Virus record (IMG/VR): IMGVR_UViG_3300021403_000001
Coordinates: 1-57,886 of that record
Strand: one strand, 5' to 3'
Source: a virus
Taxonomy: Duplodnaviria > Caudoviricetes
DNA length: 57,886 nt
The notes beneath the pieces were generated by a model. The model had not been told where the DNA came from. It searched no databases and worked only from the letters and a program-made list of their open reading frames with translations. Shown here piece after piece: positions 9,445-18,709 of the stretch; positions within the stretch are counted from its first letter, which is position 1, and every line of letters begins with the position of its first letter. Position numbers and translations under genes: made by a program.

Positions 9445-9747
9445 TCAGCCCGTCTGCCCCGGCAGGATGTTGAGCGGAGCGCCTGCGGGATTGGTCGAGC
9501 CCATGTTGCCGCCCATGCCGCCAAGCTCAGCGCTCTGCGATCCGTATTTCTGCATCAGTTGATTGTACTGATCCGATGAAATCTGGCCTTGGCTCATCAA
9601 CTGCTTCGCCTTAGCGAGCAACGCGGATGCCGGATTCTGCTGCTGCTGCTGGCCCTGCGCGCCCTGAGCGGGTTGTTGCTGCTGGAAGACGTTGGGCGCG
9701 CCATAGTTCGTCGGCGACGGGACAGCCGTATAATCAGTTGTGCTCAT
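9445..9747 (-). CDS. Gln-rich protein with a SHOCT-like motif
   Basis: LAKAKQLMSQGQISSDQYNQL; RBS TAAGGAG. Confidence 0.6.
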   Translation of the reverse strand: MSTTDYTAVPSPTNYGAPNVFQQQQPAQGAQGQQQQQNPASALLAKAKQLMSQGQISSDQYNQLMQKYGSQSAELGGMGGNMGSTNPAGAPLNILPGQTG

Positions 9748-9758
9748 CCGGTTACTCC

Positions 9759-10827
9759 TTATGCAGCCTTCCGGCTTTCTTCAGCAAGACGCGGAGCACC
9801 CCGCGCGAGTTTGAGAATGTTTCGGGCCGCGTTTACGTCGCGGTCATGGCTCGCCACAATACGAACAATCCCAAACTCTTATTCCAAGACCTGCGATACC
9901 TTTCGGCCTCTCCGGTGGCAGGCCGCCACAGCAAGAGCAGGCTTGGGTCGTAAACCTCTCGTCCACCTCTAGGAACCTGCCCGCTTTGTAGCGCAGCATG
10001 TTTCGAAAGGCGGACCATCCAGCATCGAGAACGGATTTTGCTGCTCTCGTTTGCGCTAGATTTTTTGCATTCACATTCCCAACCGCGATGAACGCGTATT
10101 CGCGGGCAAGATGTGTAGAAAGTTTGTGGTGAAAATCTCTGCGCGCGTTGGCTATCTTGATGTAGATCGCTTTGGCGCGACGCTTATTGGAGGCCCGTTG
10201 CGCTGTCGCCAACTGATCGGCCCATTTGGCTAGATGGCGAGGGTTTTCAATAATCTGTCCAGTCGATAGGGCGGCTAGAGACTTTAAGCCCAAATCGATG
10301 CCTATCTCGCCGCGCGCAGGTTGCGATTGGTCGCCAGCTTCGGCAAAGAGAATGACGTACCATCGTCCAAGGGCGTCTTCGGTGAAAGCACCACCCTTTG
10401 CCGTAGTTGGAACGGGTCTTCCACCTACCCAGAAGTAAAGTTTCTTGCCAAGATAGACGATACTATTGCCCTCAATTCGTCGACTTTGACTCTGAAACGG
10501 TATCCAGCCGCGAGCACGCTTGCCGCCAAAGCTAGCCCTAAAACTCGGACATTTTCGGTTCTTGTCGCGCGACTGTACAAACTGTCTGCAAACCTCTTGC
10601 ACCGTCTGTTGGTGGATTCCGAGATCGGCGCCTACGCCCTTGCATTGTCGCGCGAAGTCAAATTTCGTCGGCCAAGGGCGCTTCGGTGCTCCGGCAAGAT
10701 ATCGATCTTGGATGTCTCGCTGTGCTGCAGAACACCAATTCCACACTTGGTTGACTGCATAGGCGTGTCGAGTCAGTGCCCGGCGCGCGTGCTTGTCCTT
10801 GATGCGATATTTGTAGGCCTTGAGCAC
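9759..10827 (-). pseudogene. tnpB: TnpB-family RNA-guided nuclease, frameshifted just before RuvC-III
   Basis: GTG start at 10827 after AAGAGG; KAYKYRI, GIDLGLK (RuvC-I), VDERFTTQACSCC and WDCSYCG motifs; stop at 9844; HDRDVNAARNIL...RKAA* continues in another frame (9759-9848). Confidence 0.85.
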
Positions 10828-10835
10828 ATGCCCTC

Positions 10836-11243
10836 TTATGCGGCGGCGTCTGCGCGTGTGCGGGCGATGAGTTCTCGCAGCTTCCGCTTGTTTTCGCCGT
10901 CGATGAAATAACCAAGCCCCCATTTGCAGGAGACCTTCACACCGTACTTGCGAAGTCTTACCCGAAGTTTGCAGATGAATACGTCGATGATCTTGGGGTC
11001 CGGCTCCTTGTCCCAAGTGTTCGGCATGCCGGAATAAATCGCGAGCAACGCTCCTTCTCGCGTGATGATCTCACGCTTCAACAGCATCGTGAGCAGCGCG
11101 CTCATATTGCGGGGAATGCCGAACTCTGGCGGCAAATCCACCTTCATGCCGAGCTCCCGCTCGAGCAATTCGATCCGGTCAAGCAACGGCTCGCAGCCTG
11201 CAGGCCATTCCCGATCATCAGGAACGATTGAGGGCGAGATCAT
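10836..11243 (-). CDS. Receiver-less CtrA-like winged-helix DNA-binding protein
   Basis: EPDPKIIDVFICKLRVRL...WGLGY resembles the CtrA C-terminal EPELKIIDVFICKLRKKL...WGRGY (recalled from memory); short N-terminal coiled coil. Confidence 0.8.
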   Translation of the reverse strand: MISPSIVPDDREWPAGCEPLLDRIELLERELGMKVDLPPEFGIPRNMSALLTMLLKREIITREGALLAIYSGMPNTWDKEPDPKIIDVFICKLRVRLRKYGVKVSCKWGLGYFIDGENKRKLRELIARTRADAAA

Positions 11244-11614
11244 GCTTCGCCCCGTTCGGCGCGGACCAACTCAGCAACTTCGGCCTTCATCTCGGGCGTC
11301 ATGCGATAGCCGATGCCGTGCAGACAAATGAAATCCAGCCCATGCGGGCGAATCTTGTGCCTGATCTTGTTGATGTAAACGTGCAGTATCTTCTCGCCCG
11401 GCCTCACTTTCTTGTCCTGGTACATCGCCTCGAAAATCTCCTCCCGGCGCGCCAAGTCGCGAGCCAAGATGACGCCAAATATCGCCCGCTCTTGCCGCGA
11501 TAGCTTCAGACACGTCGGAATGTCCTGATTGAACCCCAGCACGGTCTCAAGCTGCGCCACGCGCTCTTTCAGCCGCTCGTTCTCTACCTGCAATTCGTGA
11601 TCTTGGAGGGTCAA
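11240..11614 (-). CDS. OmpR/CtrA-type winged-helix protein with an N-terminal coiled coil
   Basis: ENERLKERVAQLE; LSRQERAIF; KILHVYINKIRHKI...GIGY. Confidence 0.75.
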   Translation of the reverse strand: MTLQDHELQVENERLKERVAQLETVLGFNQDIPTCLKLSRQERAIFGVILARDLARREEIFEAMYQDKKVRPGEKILHVYINKIRHKIRPHGLDFICLHGIGYRMTPEMKAEVAELVRAERGEA

Positions 11615-11928
11615 TGCGGTGGCACCTGATAGTTTGCCGCCTTTGAATAGCGAGGCTCTTGCCCGCGGCTATGTGGCACCCACCGAATATAAATCAGATG
11701 GAACACGTTGATGACGCGCCAGCCGCGATTGCGATCAGCGGGAAGCCACAGCAAGCCGTGGCCGTGCTCGCCTCGGCAATAGGAGCATGAGCACGCGCGC
11801 GTGTGCCGCTCCACAAGAAGCCAACTCCCGCCGATCTGCGCCTCCAAGAGAGTCCGCGACGTTTTGTTTGGCCATCGGTCGCCAATGACGATGCGCCGAT
11901 ACCAGGGAGTGTTAGGTGTGAAGTTCAT
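11611..11928 (-). CDS. Hypothetical protein (CSCSYC motif)
   Basis: ATG after GGAGGAG; overlaps both neighbouring genes. Confidence 0.55.
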   Translation of the reverse strand: MNFTPNTPWYRRIVIGDRWPNKTSRTLLEAQIGGSWLLVERHTRACSCSYCRGEHGHGLLWLPADRNRGWRVINVFHLIYIRWVPHSRGQEPRYSKAANYQVPPH

Positions 11929-12203
11929 GTTGGCTCCTCCAGCAGATCGGTCCATCGCGACGGATAGACTTGAACCTCTGCCGTTCCTGGTAGGCCGGAG
12001 GCCCAATGATTTAGAGCCTCGGACCACCAGCCGACAATCCGGCCGTGCGCAACCTTTGCCTCCGGATTGCCTCCCGTTCCATCAGGCGAGTTCACCCATG
12101 GGCAGAACAGAATGAGGGGCTTGTCCTTTGGCGCAGTGTCCATCGCACGCCAATCAGGCGCGGGAGGCGGTACAACGGCAGGCAGGTTCGGTGTTTCTGT
12201 CAT
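11925..12203 (-). CDS. DUF551-like phage protein
   Basis: WRAMDTAPKD...PSRW motif. Confidence 0.55.
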   Translation of the reverse strand: MTETPNLPAVVPPPAPDWRAMDTAPKDKPLILFCPWVNSPDGTGGNPEAKVAHGRIVGWWSEALNHWASGLPGTAEVQVYPSRWTDLLEEPT

Positions 12204-12485
12204 CTGAATGCGCTTTCAAAGCTGAGCACTGCGGGTCTCAGCGCCTCGGTCACCACAATGACCATTCCGAACGCGGCCAAGAGAGCCACAACAGCCATTA
12301 GGAATAGAACCCAGTCGCGCATCAGCAGTGTCCCGGATGCTTTGCTGGCTTGCGCGCTTCCTGCGAGGTGATTCCCAAGCCGTTCCTTTCGAATAGATCG
12401 ACAACGTACTTCATGCGCTCGGTTGCGGTTTTGCCGGGAACCTTGGCTTCTTCGGCCATCGCCATCAGGCGCGCGTAGGTTTCGC

Positions 12486-12725
12486 TCACAGATACCGCTC
12501 CATTTTCTCTGCCATGGACTTACCGTGCACGTACTGCGTTGAAAGCCATTGCGCCTGCGCCACGGAGCGTTGCAGCCATAGCGCGTCGTCGGCGTCGGCT
12601 AGGCTTAATCCATCCTCTCGGAGCGCCATAACGGCTTTGAAGCCGTATTCATGGACCAGAGCGCGCCAGCCTTTCGGGAGGCGGTCTATCTGGGCCATGA
12701 GCGCTGCGGAGTTGGAGTCAGGCAT
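12486..12725 (-). CDS. Hypothetical protein
   Basis: IDRLPKGWRALVHEYG; overlaps the upstream gene. Confidence 0.55.
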   Translation of the reverse strand: MPDSNSAALMAQIDRLPKGWRALVHEYGFKAVMALREDGLSLADADDALWLQRSVAQAQWLSTQYVHGKSMAEKMERYL

Positions 12726-12912
12726 CGTCAGCCTTCTTTGAGGCCTGCGCAATTTCGATGTCAGACTTCGTGAGAATGTACTTGCCGAACTCCTCGGCGA
12801 CACTGATTGCCTCAGCGGGTGGCGCGCCAGCTTGGATTGCGAGTTCCAAGCACCGTATGCGGTGCGCCTGCCAGATGTGGGCCAGCTCTTGGGCTTCGTC
12901 CTTCTGCGTCAT
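12718..12912 (-). CDS. Hypothetical protein
   Basis: RIRCLELA...AEEFGKYI; coupled ORF. Confidence 0.55.
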   Translation of the reverse strand: MTQKDEAQELAHIWQAHRIRCLELAIQAGAPPAEAISVAEEFGKYILTKSDIEIAQASKKADDA

Positions 12913-13283
12913 GGCTTATCTGGCTTGGCCTGATGCTCAGTTTCTAGCTTCCGCTTGATGTACTTCATCGCTTCCTCGATTGAGGTGCTGGCGAAAGCTG
13001 GGGCGCCGCCGCTAAACGAATAATCATCGCTCGGCTGGCCAACTAGGAAACCTCCGTCTCGCATGCGGCTGATGCGAAGCGTTGTCATCTTTCCATCCAT
13101 CACGCGGCTCCCAGCGTTCGCGTCCAGTACCAAGCGCCCTTGAACGCGCCCCAACGGGAACGGCCGATCAGCCGGTACATCCGGAAGTAATTGCGGAAAC
13201 GGTGGACGCGCTTCATGCGCGAGAAATTACTTCACATTCTCAATAGTTCGAATGGCAACAGAGTAGAAACAGTGAGAGATTTT

Positions 13284-13574
13284 TTAGGAGGCGGAGGGTA
13301 GTGCCGCGCTAACCATTCTAGATTCTATCTCTACCCACTCGGCACACCATTGCTCGCTGTCGAACGATGGTTTGAGCAGGTTATCTCGAACATATTCATT
13401 CCAAGCAGTCTGACGAAATTCAATGATCATCTGTTGCCAGCCGAGCATCATTGGCCCAATGCCGTACGGTTCCTCCATCACCTTGACCGGCATCAGGTTC
13501 GCTGCCCGCACAATTGCTGGCGCGGCGACAAATGACACAAGGCCGGTGATCAGGGAGCGACGGGAAAGGCTCAT
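13284..13574 (-). CDS. Twin-arginine-like N-terminus fused to a capsid-N-terminus-like segment
   Basis: MSLSRRSLITGLVSFVAAPAIVRA; IIEFRQTAWNEYVRDNL resembles the capsid LIQFRREITREYIRANL. Confidence 0.6.
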   Translation of the reverse strand: MSLSRRSLITGLVSFVAAPAIVRAANLMPVKVMEEPYGIGPMMLGWQQMIIEFRQTAWNEYVRDNLLKPSFDSEQWCAEWVEIESRMVSAALPSAS

Positions 13575-13942
13575 TTGAGCGCCTGTTCGTACTTTAACCG
13601 CGGATCATCGCGGTACTTCTCCAAGTCATCAAGGTGCCAGTTCCGCCAATCCCGGAAGGTGAGCTTGCCGTTCACGCGATCCGCATAGGCCGGCCCTTCA
13701 AAGTTACAATCGTCAGGCATTAGGTCGCTGGTCGCGCCGCGCGGCTCTGCGCCAGCCGTCTCATCCAGCAGCCGTCCTATTTCCTCAACGCTTTCCTTAA
13801 CGCCGTGGTTTTCACCGTCAACCCGAACAATCGTGTTGCCGCCCATGTAGCGGGTCAGGTCCGGGCTCACGATGGAAACACTATCGGCCGCGACTATGAT
13901 CTTGTGGCCTTCGGGACGGGTAAGATGGATCAGGCGGGTCAT
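13571..13942 (-). CDS. FlbD-like domain protein
   Basis: LIHLTRPEG...PD...T...G....VKESVEEI pattern. Confidence 0.5.
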   Translation of the reverse strand: MTRLIHLTRPEGHKIIVAADSVSIVSPDLTRYMGGNTIVRVDGENHGVKESVEEIGRLLDETAGAEPRGATSDLMPDDCNFEGPAYADRVNGKLTFRDWRNWHLDDLEKYRDDPRLKYEQALK

Positions 13943-14199
13943 TTGAGAGCTGCGTCGATGAATGCTTCGTGCGTCTGTTTAACCGCGTCACGGTGAAGAG
14001 CATCGTTCCGACAGGCAAGACTCAGGACAATCGCGGTAAAATACTCGTTGCCGGGGTCGCGCATGGCTACGATGGCGGCGCGGGCCTCGTCCAGTTCATC
14101 CTGCGTGATGTTGCTCGGATCAAAAACCGAAGTGCGCCGCGTTCGCTCAAACTTCTGGCGGCGGATCGCCACGGCCACACGCTCAACCATCTCGCTCAT
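13939..14199 (-). CDS. Hypothetical phage protein
   Basis: MSEMVERVAVAI...ARAAIVAMRDP...FIDAAL, a pattern common in alphaproteobacterial phages. Confidence 0.6.
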   Translation of the reverse strand: MSEMVERVAVAIRRQKFERTRRTSVFDPSNITQDELDEARAAIVAMRDPGNEYFTAIVLSLACRNDALHRDAVKQTHEAFIDAALK

Positions 14200-14309
14200 A
14201 GGGTAACTCCGGTTACTTTGTGGCATCCGCCAGCTGTGCTCCGCGTGTCTACTTTCCACGCCGCTGCGCTTCCGATCATTCTACCCGCAATGGACAACTC
14301 GCCAAAACA

Positions 14310-15845
14310 CTAAATGGTCTTATCGTATTCCGGCAGCGCTTCGTTGAAGTCGTCCTCTCGTGAATGATAGCCGTCGTTAAGATGGTCGGGTTCTTCTTCC
14401 TTGGGCTTCTGGCCCGTGGTCATCTTGTCGAGCAGTTGGCCAACCAAGCCCATGGCGTCAACAAAGTCGTCATGCTTGCCGGCGGGAAACCCCATCATTT
14501 CAGCCCGGCAGTCCGGCCACCATTCCGAGTTCATAGGCACGTAAAGCCCGTGAAGGCCCATGCGACCGCGGATGGATTGAGCTCGGATGGACTTATCACC
14601 CTTGTTCACGGGGAACTGTTCGCGGGCACAGTAGGCCTTGCGCTTGCGGGCTTCCTGCTCAAGGAACGGACCAACGCCGCTCCTGATCTGGCCGGTTTCC
14701 TCAGCCCAACCGATTGGCTTCCAGTGCTTGACCAGATCGCACCAAGCGGCAACCCATTTGTCGGAACTGGCCTGTTGTCGCCAAACATCCAAGAGATACA
14801 TACGGTCTTCCGGATCAATGCCAACGATGACATGCGCTGTGTAATCCCCTCCCGATTCGGTCACGGCATAGTCGGAAGCGCCATAGATGCGCAGCGTCTT
14901 CAGGTCCGGCCGCTTTGAGTATGGTTTCAGCCATTCGGCGAGGAAATAGGCACCGGTCTCCGGACTTGGCTTCTGCTGGTACAGCGCCGACCACTTCCGG
15001 GGATCCGATCTGGCCTCCAAGACCTGGGCCTCGGTGAACCATTCCGGCCAAAGCCGCTGGCCAATCTCGCGCCCAAGAGGATCGTCGGCCTCGGCTATCA
15101 TCGGCAGGATGATCCGGCGCCATTTGATGCCGAGCGCTTCGTCTCGTTCCCTGATGCGCCCGAGCAGATCGAACTCGTTGAAGCGGGTCATGATGATAAC
15201 GCGCTTGGCGTTTGGCTTCAGGCGCGGAACGAAGTCGCCCGTGTACCACTCCCAAGCCTGTTCTTGAATTGTTGCGCTCTGAGCGTCTTCCCATCTGGCG
15301 AACGGGTCTTCCACAAGCCCGATATCTGCGCGCTCGCCCGCGATGGCAACGCCGACGCCGGCCGCTCGATATCCGCCACCCGACGCCAGCGCCCAATCCG
15401 CCATGGCAGACGAGTCCGACGCGATCGATAGTCCAAGCACATCGGAATGCTTCTCAACGAGATTCCTGACGACGCGGCCAACCTTGCGTTGGGCAAATTC
15501 CTGAGTGTGCGAACCGCTCAGCACCAGATGCGTAGGGTTCCTTGCCATGTACCAAGGTGGGAACAAATGCGAAGCATATGTGGTCTTTGCCGAACCAGGC
15601 GGGGCCGATATCTCAAGCCGGTCAAACTCTCCGCGCTCGAGCGCTTCTAGTTCCCTGTTGATCAGCCGATGATGTAAGGCCGGCTCATAGCCGCAGTACC
15701 GCGCCCAATCGTCCAAGCTGTTGCGGACGGTCGCTCGAAACCGCCCCTTGTCCCGCTCAGTGGCGCGTCTCTGCTTCTCCGCTATCACCGCCGCCAGTGA
15801 CGGAAGCTGAGCGGAGGATAGTTTCAAGCCGGTCGAGGTCAGCAT
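14310..15845 (-). CDS. terL: Terminase large subunit
   Basis: APPGSAKT (Walker A), GERADIGLVEDP (Walker B), IIMTR, WSALYQQKP, ASDYA...GGDYTA and FPAGKHDDFVDA motifs; exact start uncertain. Confidence 0.92.
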   Translation of the reverse strand: MLTSTGLKLSSAQLPSLAAVIAEKQRRATERDKGRFRATVRNSLDDWARYCGYEPALHHRLINRELEALERGEFDRLEISAPPGSAKTTYASHLFPPWYMARNPTHLVLSGSHTQEFAQRKVGRVVRNLVEKHSDVLGLSIASDSSAMADWALASGGGYRAAGVGVAIAGERADIGLVEDPFARWEDAQSATIQEQAWEWYTGDFVPRLKPNAKRVIIMTRFNEFDLLGRIRERDEALGIKWRRIILPMIAEADDPLGREIGQRLWPEWFTEAQVLEARSDPRKWSALYQQKPSPETGAYFLAEWLKPYSKRPDLKTLRIYGASDYAVTESGGDYTAHVIVGIDPEDRMYLLDVWRQQASSDKWVAAWCDLVKHWKPIGWAEETGQIRSGVGPFLEQEARKRKAYCAREQFPVNKGDKSIRAQSIRGRMGLHGLYVPMNSEWWPDCRAEMMGFPAGKHDDFVDAMGLVGQLLDKMTTGQKPKEEEPDHLNDGYHSREDDFNEALPEYDKTI

Positions 15846-16104
15846 GGTCTACCTTGGTAAGATCGTAGGTGCCGACAGAGCCCTTGTGTTCCATTGAGGC
15901 CAGCTTGGCATGAACGAACGGCGCGGCTGCTTTGGCCATCTCGTCGCGTCGGCGCTCGTCGGCTTTCGTGTTGCGCATGACGCGAAGCATGTATTCGAGC
16001 GGCGAAACCCCGGAAGCGAGCGCCTTTCTGCGCACATAGGCGGTGACGCTCGGAACTGAGCCGGGCTTTCTGCCTGCATTCTCTCTTTTGCCGCCGCGAG
16101 CCAT
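15757..16104 (-). CDS. terS: Terminase small subunit
   Basis: RGGKRENAGRKPGS, SPLEYMLRVM and AKAAAPFVHAKL motifs; directly upstream of terL. Confidence 0.75.
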   Translation of the reverse strand: MARGGKRENAGRKPGSVPSVTAYVRRKALASGVSPLEYMLRVMRNTKADERRRDEMAKAAAPFVHAKLASMEHKGSVGTYDLTKVDHADLDRLETILRSASVTGGGDSGEAETRH

Positions 16105-16162
16105 TGAATGCTATTCAGAGACGTTCTTTTGTTTCAGCATCTTAACGAATGCCGAATAGCGG

Positions 16163-16402
16163 TTACTTGTTTTGCAGTCCGGCCGCTAAGCGCTTCAGCA
16201 ACTTTGACCGTCTGCGCCATTCAACGCGGTCCTGATCGGTGCAAACCGTATTGTTCGCGGCGATGTCTTCGTAATGCTCGGAAACGTAGATCAGATTTGC
16301 CCGCGTGGCTGGCTTGTCGAAGAACTCGTCTTCCAGCCATTCGCGATCTCGCTTCGCCTTGTGCGAGAGAATTGCTATCGGCTCGGAAAGTGTTTGTGGC
16401 AT
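16163..16402 (-). CDS. Hypothetical protein
   Basis: 79-aa ORF; TAGCAT -10-like element just upstream. Confidence 0.5.
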   Translation of the reverse strand: MPQTLSEPIAILSHKAKRDREWLEDEFFDKPATRANLIYVSEHYEDIAANNTVCTDQDRVEWRRRSKLLKRLAAGLQNK

Positions 16403-17109
16403 GCAGCGATGCTATCACAGATGCTTAACGGCGTTAAGTGTTGCGTTCTGCTTGATGCACGGCGCTGATAAGCCGCAGAATGAACTCGTCCGCATGAACG
16501 CCACTGCGATCAGGACCGGCGCCGATGATGCCGGGCTTATGGCGGGCCCACCAACTCTCGCGATTGGCCTCGTACCAACGGCGGACTTTGGTGGCGATCT
16601 CATCACCTCTCGCTGTTGGTTCCGCTGCGATCACGCCGTCTCGTCCTTTTTCTTGGGAGGATCATTTGGGTGTTCAGATGTACCGCTGCCACCAGCACGG
16701 TTGGTAGTAAGTGCGCCAACCAAAACGACACGCGGTTGCCTTGACGAAGGCCGATGCGATGGCGTGACCATTGAGGCGATTGAGACCATATAGAACGGTC
16801 CACGATTGCAGAAAGCGCTCACCACGCCTCAACTGCTCATCAATTCGGGCCAACGTGATCATGCGCTTTCAGGCTCTCCACATCTCGGCGACGACCCAGC
16901 CGAGCCAAATCCATGACGCAAGCAACCAGTCAATACGCATGTCGCTGGGCGCGCGCTGTACTCGCGAGCGCAGCATGAAGCGTATCGTAGGCCGTCGCTC
17001 GATCCAATCGATGGCGACGAATCGGCCGGCCTCCAAGACAGAGCCACGCGCCCATGGTTGGAAAATATACCCGGAGCGGAAGCATGCTCATCTCCTCTGC
17101 CTACACGGT

Positions 17110-17358
17110 TCAGGCGGATGGGCGGGCTTCGCCTTCGGCATCCCGGACCAACTCAAGAACATTGTCACTGTTCTTGGCTAGATGCGTCTCGCAATGGACG
17201 TGATGAGCGAAGCTGTATTCCGGCAGGCCGTTGATGACCTTGCCGGTTTTGCGGAATGACGCAGCGGTAAAGCGAAACCTGAGCGTCGTTCCGTCCTCAA
17301 GCTGGTACTCAGCCCAAGGCTCGTCGGCGCTCAGGATTTTGAGGACAGGGCCGGTCAC
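17110..17358 (-). CDS. Hypothetical protein
   Basis: EPWAEYQLEDGTTLR; coupled to the upstream gene. Confidence 0.6.
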   Translation of the reverse strand: MTGPVLKILSADEPWAEYQLEDGTTLRFRFTAASFRKTGKVINGLPEYSFAHHVHCETHLAKNSDNVLELVRDAEGEARPSA

Positions 17359-18275
17359 GCTGCGGCGGCTGTCTTCGGTGCGGTCGTGCCAGTGGTTGAC
17401 GGCGGCGGCGTCGGGGCCGGTGCGGGCTTGCTATTGCCGCGCATCTCGGTCGCCAGCGCCATCAACTGATGCTGGATGGTCTCAATGCCCGAGGGCGAGG
17501 CCGTGTGCATCGTGGATGCGATCTCCTGCAGGCGGTCAGCATGCGAGGCATTGTTGGCCGCAGGATCGGTCGCCGACACCGTGTTGTTAAGGATTTCATT
17601 CACGGTTGCCTTGCGGCGTTCGAATGCCGGCGTGCCGATGGTGACGCCATCGCGCTCACGTGTGCCGACTTCTTCCTGCACGGCCATGGACCGATCGCGG
17701 GCCACGTTGGCGACGTTGGTGACGGCTGCGGCGTGGTCCTGCCGTGCCTGCACCTGCTCATCCATGGCTTTGTTGGCCTCGTCACGCTTCTTGGCGAGCG
17801 CATCGAGATCAGCCTGGGTGCGGCCGTACTGGTCAACCGGCTCGCCATTGGCGTTCTTGGCCACCATGCCAGAGGGCGCAACAGGCGAGATGGTGGGGTT
17901 AGTGGTGATCGGCGCGTTGGGGCTGGCCGGCAGCGATCCCGCTACGGGCAGGCTTGCCGTCGCCGTGGTGGGCACCGCGGGCGTATCCGCGACCGGGGCT
18001 ACCTCGCTGGCTGACAGTTTGCTGTCAACATGCATTTCGCGAAGGGCCTCGTCGGTAGACGCGGAGACATCGGGAGCGCCAGACGGTGCAGGGTTCTCCG
18101 CAATGCGCTGATCACCGTGAACATAGGTGGACTCGGCACCGGTCGAAGCTTCGCTCGTGGCGGACGCCGGAGTGCCGGGATTGCTGAGCGTCGGATCAGG
18201 CGCGGGCTGCGCGGGAGGCGTGCTGACGGTCGGGTCAGTCGTGGTGTTCGTGGTGGTATCGTCTGCCATGGTCAT
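17355..18275 (-). CDS. Low-complexity Pro/Thr/Ala-rich protein with a coiled coil
   Basis: About 306 aa; RBS AAGGAG. Confidence 0.65.
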   Translation of the reverse strand: MTMADDTTTNTTTDPTVSTPPAQPAPDPTLSNPGTPASATSEASTGAESTYVHGDQRIAENPAPSGAPDVSASTDEALREMHVDSKLSASEVAPVADTPAVPTTATASLPVAGSLPASPNAPITTNPTISPVAPSGMVAKNANGEPVDQYGRTQADLDALAKKRDEANKAMDEQVQARQDHAAAVTNVANVARDRSMAVQEEVGTRERDGVTIGTPAFERRKATVNEILNNTVSATDPAANNASHADRLQEIASTMHTASPSGIETIQHQLMALATEMRGNSKPAPAPTPPPSTTGTTAPKTAAAA

Positions 18276-18340
18276 GACTCCTTTAATGGCAACGTGTGAA
18301 AGCAGAACAGAGGAACAGCACAAGCCGTTCCAGAAATTAA

Positions 18341-18709
18341 CTATTCCGGTGGTCTGTTGTGGCCGATCAGGCCCGAGAGAGCTTCGTCTAGTGAATCGAT
18401 GCCGCGCTCGTGTTCGTCCAATGCGCTTTCGTGCTGGTCAAACGCGGCGTTGCCCTTGGTGCCGATGGCGTCCACTCGCGCGATCAGCTTATCCGCTCTG
18501 GCGTCAAGCGCCTTGCGTGTGCGAGCGATCTTGTCGGCGAGCTCGGAAAACTTGTTAATGGCAGGCTTAGCGGCTGGCGCGCTGCTGGCGAGTGTCGGCG
18601 CGGGCAACCTGTCCGCCGTCTGCTCGCCTTTCAGTTGGTCAATGGCTTCGGTCAAGAACTCTCCGTAGCGGCCGGCGTGGTCAAGCGCGGGGTCGTGATT
18701 GGCGCTCAA
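18341..18709 (-). CDS. Coiled-coil hypothetical protein
   Basis: Heptad pattern; C-terminal GHN motif. Confidence 0.55.
   Translation of the reverse strand: MSANHDPALDHAGRYGEFLTEAIDQLKGEQTADRLPAPTLASSAPAAKPAINKFSELADKIARTRKALDARADKLIARVDAIGTKGNAAFDQHESALDEHERGIDSLDEALSGLIGHNRPPE

Noticed and set aside
9747-9757. TCCGGTTACT shared with about 14208-14217 as a TnpB guide-target pair
   Set aside because: A 10-nt match is too short to distinguish from chance
10828-11016. N-terminal 63 aa of the 390-aa TnpB ORF
   Set aside because: It overlaps the CtrA-like gene; the RBS, GTG and the typical KAYKYR start lie at 10827
16425-16437. TTAACGGCGTTAA as a CtrA box
   Set aside because: The spacing is N5, not N7; it may still be an operator, but there is no supporting evidence
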